Under the pieces are notes generated by a model. The model saw only the letters and a program-made list of their open reading frames with translations. It had not been told where the DNA came from and made no database searches. Made by a program: the position numbers and the translations under genes. From Azolla caroliniana (lineage: Eukaryota; Plantae; Polypodiophyta), in contig JBHGNT010000008.1 in assembly GCA_043228905.1 (NCBI GenBank), positions 10,664,001 to 10,728,000 of the forward strand: a stretch of DNA of 64,000 nt. The letters run 5' to 3'. The stretch's first letter is position 1; each line of letters begins with the position of its first letter. Shown piece by piece: positions 11,701 to 20,019 of this stretch.

Positions 11701-12843
11701 CTCCGGAACGTGTCGGACATCCTTCAGCAGCATTTTGCATCCGGTCGAGGTTGTTAACCACACGTCTCCTATGCCGGCAATCCGGCACGTACCTTCATTT
11801 CCCATCCGAACGCAGCCATGCTCACTGGCTGTGTAGGATGAGAAGTATCTTCTCTCCGGGGTCAGGTGGAACGATGCTCCGGAATCGACCACCCAGGTCG
11901 TCTCATCGCCGGCAATGTTTAGTTCACCTTCTTCGGTGATGAGCATGATCTCCTCTTCACTTGCCGCGAGTGCCGTCGTTCCTTTCCGGTCCTGCCCTCG
12001 CCGATCCGGACCTCTCCGGTCCGTGGCTCCCCGGTATGCACCGTTTCGCTCCGGTGACTTCTTCGAATCGGTGTCGTCGGCTCCGTTGTCTTTTCGGTAA
12101 TGCCGACAATTCTTTCGGAAGTGCCCCGGCTTCCCACAGTGGAAGCATGTGGGCCTTCCTCTTGACTGCGACCGGGTCCCCGACTTCTCCCGTCTTTGCG
12201 GACTCCGGTTCCATTGTCTTCCCCGTTCCGATTCGGTAAGCAGTGCCTTCGAGTCGGAGGCCGGTTCTTTATCTCTCCGACGCGCTTCTTCGTTCAAAAT
12301 ACTTGTCTTTACCGTTTGTAGGGACAAGTTATCTTCGGTGCAGGAGGTGCTGAGAGTCACCACCAAGTTCTCCCAGCTTTCCGGCAATGTACACATCAGG
12401 ATGATGGCTTGCATTGCATCCTCCAACGGGAACTTGATCGCCGCAAGCTGGTTCACGAATCCCATGAACGTGCTTACGTGTTCCACCATACTCTCGCCGT
12501 CCCGGTACTTGAGGTTCACTATCTTCCTCATCAGGGAGGTCCGGTTCAACGCATTCTTCCTCTCGTAGAGGCCCGACAGCTTCCGCCACATCTCATATGC
12601 GTTGATGTCGTTCGCCACATGTTGTAGAACGCTCACGTCGACGTATTGCCGAATGGTTGCAACGGCTTTCCGGTTCAGAAGCCTCCATTCCGACTCAAGT
12701 ACCCCCTTCGGTATTTCCGACCTGTCAATCGGTTCGTACAGGTCCCGAACAATCAGAAGATCCTCCATCTTGATCTTCCAGTCGGCGTAATTCTGCGCAT
12801 TCAGCACCATCATCCCCGGCTGCCCGCTGCCGCCGCCTTCCAT
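8770..12843 (-). CDS. Intact Ty1/copia gag-pol polyprotein, 1357 aa
   Basis: Uninterrupted ORF from the ATG just after the PBS. CCHC knuckle CFHCGKPGHFRKNC, protease WVVDSGAS, integrase HKRLCH/CTDC and D..D..E, RT QMDVKTAFLHG and YVDDML, RNase H TKHIQRRYHWIRE. Stop codon abuts the PPT. Confidence 0.97.
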   Translation of the reverse strand: MEGGGSGQPGMMVLNAQNYADWKIKMEDLLIVRDLYEPIDRSEIPKGVLESEWRLLNRKAVATIRQYVDVSVLQHVANDINAYEMWRKLSGLYERKNALNRTSLMRKIVNLKYRDGESMVEHVSTFMGFVNQLAAIKFPLEDAMQAIILMCTLPESWENLVVTLSTSCTEDNLSLQTVKTSILNEEARRRDKEPASDSKALLTESERGRQWNRSPQRREKSGTRSQSRGRPTCFHCGKPGHFRKNCRHYRKDNGADDTDSKKSPERNGAYRGATDRRGPDRRGQDRKGTTALAASEEEIMLITEEGELNIAGDETTWVVDSGASFHLTPERRYFSSYTASEHGCVRMGNEGTCRIAGIGDVWLTTSTGCKMLLKDVRHVPEVRLNLISAGRLDDEGYTGSIRNGIIKFSKGSLIVARARKVNTLYLMNARLCPEELNVAADTAGELWHKRLCHMSEKGMKRLADDNLIPVKHVHLEKCTDCLAGKQNRTSFHSRPPTRRSVPLELVHTDVCQVETKSHGGAQYFVTFIDDHSRKLWTAPLKTKDQVLSVFKELHARVERESGKKLKAIRADNGGEYRGQFEEYCRSMGIRLEFTVPKTPELNGLAERMNRTIMERVRSMLAHAKLPKGFWAEAMSTATYVINRSPSVPLDGDTPQRVWTGREVSYRHLKVFGCLAYVHVVKDRRGKLDPKTRPCIFLGYGDDEFGYRVWDPVDKKIFRSRDIIFMEDKTLADWESEKKMKSSKSTGEDQLYKEQSRPARDRLALEDPAEVGEETEPAEEDETDTGTGPDPEMDSDEEEMEEPVTEALERRYPLRERRAPRRFPEPEHVLLTDEGEPESFEEAKHDTHSRRWLSAMQEEMDSLHENHTYKLVELPKGKRALRNKWVFKLKPGDVGNPPRYKARIVVKGFQQKKGVDFDEIFAPVVKMTSIRTVLSIAASMDLEVEQMDVKTAFLHGDLEEEIYMQQPEGFEKKEKEHLVCRLKKSLYGLKQAPRQWYRKFDSFMTDEGYHKTQSDHCVFVRKFEGGDFLILLLYVDDMLIVGRDQVKIRMLKKALHRTFSMKDLGPARQILGMHIIRDRKKKQLWLSQEKYVTKVLHRFNMSEARPVGSTLPANCKLSSQQSPKTKAEKEDMMKVPYASAIGSLMYAMVCTRPDIGYAVGVVSRYMSNPGKEHWNAAKWILRYLKGTANVCLRFSSGKPELDGFTDSDMSADADTSRSTSGYVMTYAGGAVSWQSRLQTTVALSTTEAEYMAAVEAGKEIIWMKDFIRELGIRQEEYRLYCDSQSAIHLAKNAAYHSRTKHIQRRYHWIRERIEDKEFVLMKIHTDENGSDMLTKVLTPDKLEACRKRIGLERHPMPK

Positions 12844-12858
12844 TTTCTGCAGTAGTTC

Positions 12859-12870
12859 GCTCTGATACCA
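12859..12870 (-). promoter_or_regulatory. Primer binding site, tRNA-iMet
   Basis: gctctgatacca, 3 nt from the LTR end. Confidence 0.95.
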
Positions 12871-13030
12871 CTTTGTTGAGAATCGACGCTCCGATTCACC
12901 TTCACCTCTCGGCCACAACCAAGGAAACACACGAATCGTTGTTGCAGAAAATGGGAAATACAGAGAAAGACACAATAACACAGGGATTAACGTGGAAAAC
13001 CCTATACGGGAAAAACCACGGGAGTCCTCA

Positions 13031-13335
13031 CATGGAACACGGGGTTCTTGGCGAGCTGAATGCTGCTCATGTTGTCACAATAGATCAGGATCGGGGTTGG
13101 TACCTCAATCCACAGGTCTTGCAGTAGTCGTCAAAGCCAAATGGCTTCATAGGTGGCATTGGTAGCGTCATGGTATTCAGTCTCAGTGATCGATAGAGCC
13201 ACTGTTAGCTGCTTCTTGTTGCTCCACGCAACAGCTGCGCTACTTAGAGAAAACATGCAACCAGAGGTGGATCGATGATCTGATGCATCACCAGCCCAGT
13301 CAGCATCTGCATATTCGACTAGCTTCCCAGCTATA
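13031..13335 (-). pseudogene. Family A copia RNase H N-terminal fragment
   Basis: YADADWAGDASDHRSTSG..AWSNKKQLTVALS. Confidence 0.85.
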
Positions 13336-13608
13336 TGACAGGAATGCACGCTCCCTTTCCACACCGCTCGGCCACAACCGAGTCTAAAATCGAACATAGA
13401 AACCGGATAATGAAACGCATGACACAAAGGAGAGAAGAGTACACATGATGTTTAACGTGGAAAACCTTGAGAGGGAAAAACCACGGGAGTCCACAGACTC
13501 CAAACTATCACTATATCACAATGATTACGACAGTGAGCTCACGGAGGCAACGACCTCGTGCTCACGATCTTCACCACAGGCAACGGTTACAACAGAGGCA
13601 ACGACCTC

Positions 13609-13642
<34 letters not shown>

Positions 13643-14049
13643 CACTGTTGCGCTCTAATCTTTTGCCAACAAGAATGACAACAATCTTATTCTTTGTTTG
13701 CCCTAAGTCATATTTATACTAATATGACTTTTCGGCTATTTACAAATATAGCTCCGATGGACTCTCAGAAACATATTTACAAATATGTCCCTTCATCCGG
13801 TGAGCGCTTCTCACCGGGCCTTCACCATCCGGCTCTTGCCGGGTACTCCTCATCCGGTTCTCAATGGGTCTTCCATAGTCGGGGTCATCCGGTTCTCACC
13901 GGGTCTTCCGTAGCCGGGTACAACTCACTTACCATCCAGAGAGACCTGTTTCCTAACAAACTCCCCCTTCACTCCAGCATGGGTTGTCGTACTAGTCCGA
14001 TCCGCTTCCGACATGCATCCAGCTTGTCGGATATTAGTACTTTAGTCAG

Positions 14050-14830
14050 CATATCTTCGTCAGCGCGAACTCCTAGTCATCTACTCTTTCCCGGATCCAA
14101 TGATACCTTCGTTGGATATGCTTCGTCCGGGAATGGTAGGCCGCATTCTTAGCAAGGTGGATGGCACTTTGACTGTCGCAATAGAGCCGGTATTCATCTT
14201 GCCGGATACCGAGCTCTCTGATGAAGTCCTTCATCCATAATATCTCCTTGCCGGCTTCCACAGCCGCCATGTACTCCGCCTTCGTGGTTGACAATGCATA
14301 CGTCTTCTGCAGCCTCGACTGCCACGAAACATATCTTCGTCAGCGCGAACTCCTGGTCATCTACTCTTTCCCGGATCCAGTGATACCTTCGTTGGATATG
14401 CTTCGTCCAGGAATGGTAGGCCGCATTCTTAGCAAGGTGGATGGCACTTTGACTGTCGCAATAGAGACGGTATTCATCTTGCCGGATACCGAGCTCTCCG
14501 ATGAAGTCCTTCATCCATAATATTTCCTTGCCAGCTTCCACAGCCGCCATGTACTTTGGTCAACATATCTTCGTCAGCGCGAACTCTTGGTCATCTACTC
14601 TTTCCCGGATCGAGTGATACCTTCGCTGGATATGCTTCGTTCGGGAATGGTAGGCCGCATTCTTAGCAAGGTGGATGGCACTTTGACTGTCGCAATAGAG
14701 TCGGTATTCATCTTGCCGGATACCGAGCTCTCCGATGAAGTCCTTCAACCATAATATTTCATTGCCGGCTTCCACAGCCGCCATGTACTCCGCCTTCGTA
14801 GTTTACAACGCAACCGTCTTCTGCAACCTC
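14050..14830 (-). repeat. Tandem triplication of an RNase H segment
   Basis: catatcttcgtcagcgcgaactc starts at 14050, 14330 and 14564. Confidence 0.9.
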
Positions 14831-16030
14831 GACTGCCACGAAACAACTCCCCCTGCTTATGACATTACATACTCGAATGTAGACCAGTTGGTATCCACAT
14901 CAACCGACATGTCCGAATCGGTAAAACCGTCAAGTTGAGGTTTACCGGAGCTGAATCGGAGACACATGTTCGAAGTGCCCTTCAAGTACCAGAGTATCCA
15001 TTTGACCGCGTTCCAGTGCTCCTTGCCGAGATTGCTCATCAACCGGCTCACCACTCCGATTGCGTATCCTATATCCGGTCGGGTACACACCATTGATACA
15101 TTAAGCTCCCGACGGCAGAGGCATATGGAACCTTCATCATATCATCCTTCTTTGCTTTCGTCTTCAGGCTTTCCTTACTAGATAACCTGCAATTTGCCAG
15201 AAGTGTCGAACCGACCAGTTTCGCATCTGATATGTTGAACTGCTGAAGCGCCTTTGTCATGTATTTCTCCTGTGACAGCCACAGTTGATTCGTTGGCCGG
15301 TTCCGGATGATATGCATCCCCAGCATCTGTCTTGCCGGACCCAAGTCTTTCATCGCGAAGGTTCGGTTGAGAGCCTTCTTCAGCATCCGTATTTTGGCTT
15401 GGTCCCGTCCGACGATCAACATGTCATCCACGTACAGAAGGAGTATCAGGAAGTCACCTCCTTCGAACTGCTGGTACCATTGCCAGGGAGCCTGCTTCAG
15501 TCCGTACAAGCTCTTCTTCAACCGGCATACCAGGTGCTCCTTCCCTTTCTCCACGAATCCGGTTGTTCCATGTAGATCTCCTCTTCGAGGTTGCCGTGAA
15601 GGAATGTCGTCTTCACGTCTAGCTGTTCTACCTCGAGGTCCATGCTTTTTGCTATACTCAGCACCATCCGGATAGAGGTCATCTTCACTACAGGGGCAAA
15701 TATCTCGTCGAAGTCCACGACCTTCTTCTGCTGGAACCCCTTCACCACAATCCTGGCTTTGTATCTCGGGGGGTTGCCGATATCTCCCAGTTTCAACTTG
15801 TACACCCACTTGTTTCGGAATGGCCGCCTTCCTTTCGGTAACTCCACCAATTCGTACGGATGGTTCTCATGCAGGGAATCCATCACGTCTTGCATGGCAC
15901 TTGACCATTTTCGGCTGTGGGTGTCATCATTGCTTCTTCGAAGCTTTACGGCTCCCCCTCATCGGTCAGCAGCACATGCTCTGCATCCGGAAATCCGGAA
16001 TACCTTCTTGTCGTCCAGGTCCCACACTCG

Positions 16031-18117
16031 CTAGGCGAACTCATCGTCACCGTAACCGAGGAATATGCATGGCCGGGTCTTTGGATCTAGTTTTTCTCTC
16101 CAGTCCTTAGCTACATGCACATACGCAAGACACCTGAATACCTTCAGATGCCGGTAGGATACTTCCTTACCGGTCCATACTCTCTGTGGCCTGTCTCCGT
16201 CCAAGGGTACTGAGGGTGATCTGTTTATCACATATGTCGCCGTCGATAGTGCCTCAGCCCAAAACTTCTTGGGTAATTTTCCATGCGCCAACATACTCCG
16301 GACCCTCTCCATTATGGTCCGGTTCATCCTCTCGGCCAGCCCATTTAGTTCCGGCGTCTTCGGCATGGTAAATTCGAGCTGGATTCCCTTGGAGTGACAG
16401 TACTCCTCGAACTGCCCCCGGTATTCACCTCCGTTATCTGCTCGAACCACCTTCAGCTTCCGGCCGGTTTCTCTTTCCACTCTCGCGTGGAGCTTTTTGA
16501 AGACGGATAACACCTGATCCTTCGTCTTCAACGGTGTGGCCCACATCTTCCGGCTATGGTCATCGATGAACGTCACGAAGTACTGCGATCCTGCATGTGA
16601 CTTCGTGTCCACTTGACACACCTCAATATGCACCAACTCCAGTGGTGCATTACGTCTCATCGGTGGCCTTGGTCGGAAGGAGGTCTGATTTTGGTTACCG
16701 GGCAGACAATTAGTGCACTTCTCCAAGTGCACGTTCTTCACTGGAATGAGGTTGTCTTCTGCAAGCCTCTTCATCCCCTTCTCGCTCATGTGACACAACC
16801 TCTTGTGCCACAGTTCACCGGCAGTGTCGGATGCCACATTCACTTCCTCCGGACATAACCGGGCATTCATCAGGTACAGTGTGTTGACCTTCCGGGCCCG
16901 AGCCACAATCAGGCTCCCCTTGCTGAACTTCATAACACCGTTCCGGATACTACCCGTGTAGCTGCCTTCATCATCTAGCCGACCGACTGATATCAGGTTC
17001 AGACGAACCTCCTGAACGTGTCGGACATCCTTCAGCAGCATCTTGCATCCGGTTGGTGTTGTCAGCCACACGTCTCCTATGCCGACAATTCGGCATGTAC
17101 CTTCATTCCCCATCCGGACACAGCCGTGATCACCGGTTGAGTAGGATGAGAAGGATTTCCGGTCCGGGGTAAGGTGGAACGACGCTCCGGAGTCGACCAC
17201 CCAGTTCATCTCGTCACCGGCAAGGTTTATCTCACTCTCCTCGGTGATGAGCATCAACTCTTCTTCACTTGCCGCGATTGCCGTCGTTCCCTTCCGGTCC
17301 AATCCCCTACGGTCTTTACCGTTCCGGTCCGGTGTCCGCTTCGAATTGGTGCCGTCGGTTTCCTTGTCTTTACGGAAATGCCGACAGTTCTTCTGGAAGT
17401 GTCCCGGCTTGCCGCAATAGAAGCAAGTAGGCCTCCCCCTTGACTTTGACTGTGTCCCCGACTTTTCCCGGTTCTGGGGGCTACGGTTCCGTTGTCTTCT
17501 GCGTTCTGATTCGGTAAGGAGCGCTTTGGAATCGGAGCTCGTATCCTTATCTTTCTGACGCGCCTCCTCATCTAGCAAGCTCGACTTTACTCTTGCTAGG
17601 GATAACCATTTCCCTTCCGGCCCGGCGTTGCCCAAAGTGACAACCAACGTCTCCCAGCTATCCGGGAGGGAACCAAGCAAGAGTAGCGCTAGTACCTCAT
17701 CGGCGAGAGGTACTTCCAATGATGTTGCCTGGTGGATCAGCCCCTGGAAGGCATTCATGTGCTCCACCATGCTGGAGCCATCTTGGTACCGGAGTCTTAC
17801 TAGCTTCCGGAATACCGAAACCTGATTTACAACATTTTTGTTTTGAAACATAATGCCGATCTTCTCCCAGAGCTCATGAGCCTTGCTCTCTTCATTGAAG
17901 TTGTTGTATAGGCTCATGTCGATGAAGCACCGTATGTACGCCATTGTCTTCATGTGCATCACCTCCCATATCGTGGCGTCGATTTTGTCCGGTCTCTTGT
18001 CCCCGAACTGAACCGGCAACCAAAGATCTTTAACCATGAGCATGTCCCTCATCTTCGACTCCACACCGAATAGGTTGAGCCGGTCAGCTTGAACATGCCT
18101 CCTAATGAATCATCCAT
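16031..18117 (-). pseudogene. gag-PR-INT portion of a family B copia (frameshift near the start, premature stop at 16031)
   Basis: 677-aa ORF with CFYCGKPGHFQKNC, WVVDSGAS and integrase core. Confidence 0.9.
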
Positions 18118-18416
18118 CTTCTGTGTCGTTTCGCTCTAATACCACTTGACAGGAACTCTACGCTCCCTATACACAACGCTCGGCCACAACCGAGCTTAGA
18201 ATCATACACAAAAAACGGGAAATGCAAGCACGACACAATGGAGAGAAGAGTACACAGGATGTTTAACGTGGAAAACCCTGAGAGGGAAAAACCACGGCAG
18301 TCCACTGACTGCTAACTATCACTATGTCACAGTAATTACAACGGTGAGCTCACAGAGGCAACGGCCTTGTGCTCACGATCTTCGCCACAGGCGGCGGTTA
18401 CAAAAGAGGCAACAAC

Positions 18417-18455
<39 letters not shown>

Positions 18456-18569
18456 CACAGTTGCGCACTCTCTCTCTCCTTGCACCAACAAGAATGACAA
18501 CAATAACTACAAAAGTTTGCCCTAAGTCATATTTATACTAATATGACTTTTCGGCTATTTACAAATATA

Positions 18570-18845
18570 GCCATCCGGTTCTCACCGGGTCTGCACCATC
18601 CGGCTATCCATAGCCAAGTTATCGTCATCTGGTTCTCACCGGGTCTGCACCATCCGGCTGTTCGTAGCCGGGTTCTCCTCATCCGGTTCTCACCAGGTCT
18701 GCACCATCCGGTTGTCCGTAGTCGGGTACTCCTCATCCAGTTCTCACCGGGTCTGCACCATCCAGCTATCCGTAGTCGGGTACTCCTCATCCAGTTCTCA
18801 CCGGGTCTACACCATCCGGTTGTCCGTAGCTAGGTACTCGCTCAT
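18570..18845. repeat. Roughly 57-bp CCGG-rich tandem repeats in LTR U3
   Basis: catccggttctcaccgggtctgcaccatccggct..cgtagccgggtactcct repeated about five times. Confidence 0.85.
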
Positions 18846-20019
18846 CAGCACTGTTCTTCTCCCTTCCCATCCGGAGGGACCTATCTCCCAACACTCGACT
18901 AGTCGAAGTCAAGTCTCGTATCTTTTTCTGCCACTCCTCTTCATAATGGCCTTGTTTTCCACATTACCCCCATTCAATCGGGTTGTTATGATAGCTCGGT
19001 CCGGTGGGGGGGTTCCCCTTTCTGCCGAAATCTTTAGGATTGTTTCTGTCCTCTTGCCATTGGTGGAAGTTACGGTCTTGCATCGGCCAACCATGTCGCC
19101 CTCGTCCGAACCGACCTCTATGTCCACGGTCGAATCCTCTTGTGTCATCTGACTATGAGTAGAGCATCTGACCGTCAGGCGCATTGTTCCTTTATCGAAC
19201 ATGATTTTCTTCAACCAACAGAATCGTTTGAAGGTCGAAGAAAGAGGGAGGGTTCTTTCTTGCAAGAATGGCCAATCTGATCGTGCCGAATCCAGATGCA
19301 AAGCCTCTGAGGCATATTTATACCATTTCGTCATCGTCGATGACGACATTAATCGAACCGAGAGCATCGCACAGGTCCTTGATATTAAAGGTATAACCAG
19401 TGATCGACATGTCCCTCTGTTGCATGTTGTTTAGCTCCTGTCAATGTTGGAGCTTTTGTGCAACCATATTGGCCGCAAAGATCTTCTTGAGGTTTCCCCA
19501 AGCTTCTTTCGGTGTTTTCGAATATCGAATATAGTTGAGCATGTGGTCATGAATGCATGACGCAAGGCAGTACAACACACGACTCCTGCTCCCACACTAG
19601 GTGTTCGGCGTGTGTCGGGTTAGGTTGCATTTCGTGAGCTCCCTCGATGTAGCTCTAGTAACCTTGTCCGACAAGGTACTGATGCATCTTGTACTCCCAA
19701 GATGCGAAGTTTGTTCTATCGAGCTTCTCCGTGGGAAGAGCGCTTCCCATCTGGGTGTTCATTGTCGAACTTTTTCTACTCTTTATGTGAGCTATGTAGG
19801 AATCATTGCTACGACGATCAGTTAGTTCTCTGTGAGCTTGAGCACAACTCACATGAAAGGCGGTGGGCTTGGATCAAGCTACCAAGCGCTCTTACCATGT
19901 AAAGAATCGAGAGTGATTCTGTGCAGAGGAAGGACTCTGTGTGTGTGGTGTGTGTGCATGTGAGACGAGAGAGAGGGAGAGAGAGAGAGATCTTAAGACA
20001 AGAAACTATATATTACGTC

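Larger units (their letters stand above)
7970..13030 (-). mobile_element. Recent Tnt1/Tork-like copia insertion with TSD CATGG, full 3' LTR (7970-8759) and 157-bp 5' LTR (12874-13030)
   Basis: catgg at 7965-7969 and 13031-13035. 12874-13030 is identical by eye to 7970-8126. PBS 12859-12870. PPT 8760-8769. Confidence 0.95.
13336..18893 (-). mobile_element. Degenerate family B copia with non-matching LTRs (13336-13958 and 18147-18893), probably a composite of two copies
   Basis: PPT 13959-13968, PBS 18133-18144. gag-INT ORF 16031-18064. RT/RH fragments with deletions and a triplicated RH segment. Confidence 0.85.
2677..20019 (-). mobile_element. Old degenerate copia element H1, host of a 12-kb nested block
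   Basis: 3' LTR 2677-3372 (interrupted by a solo LTR) with a PPT at 3373. pol relics 3500-6831. gag 18894-19762 (MNTQMGSALPTEKLDR). Degenerate Met-like PBS 19888-19897. Partial 5' LTR 19898-20019 matching 2677 onward (tgtaaagaatcgagagtgattctgtgcagag). Confidence 0.8.

Noticed and set aside
12844-12981. 46-aa N-terminal extension of the 1403-aa ORF in the track
   Set aside because: Non-ATG start inside the LTR, reading through the PBS. The first ATG is at 12843.
19883-19897. Novel PBS TGGTAAGAGCGC
   Set aside because: More simply a tRNA-iMet PBS with a 2-nt deletion in an old element.
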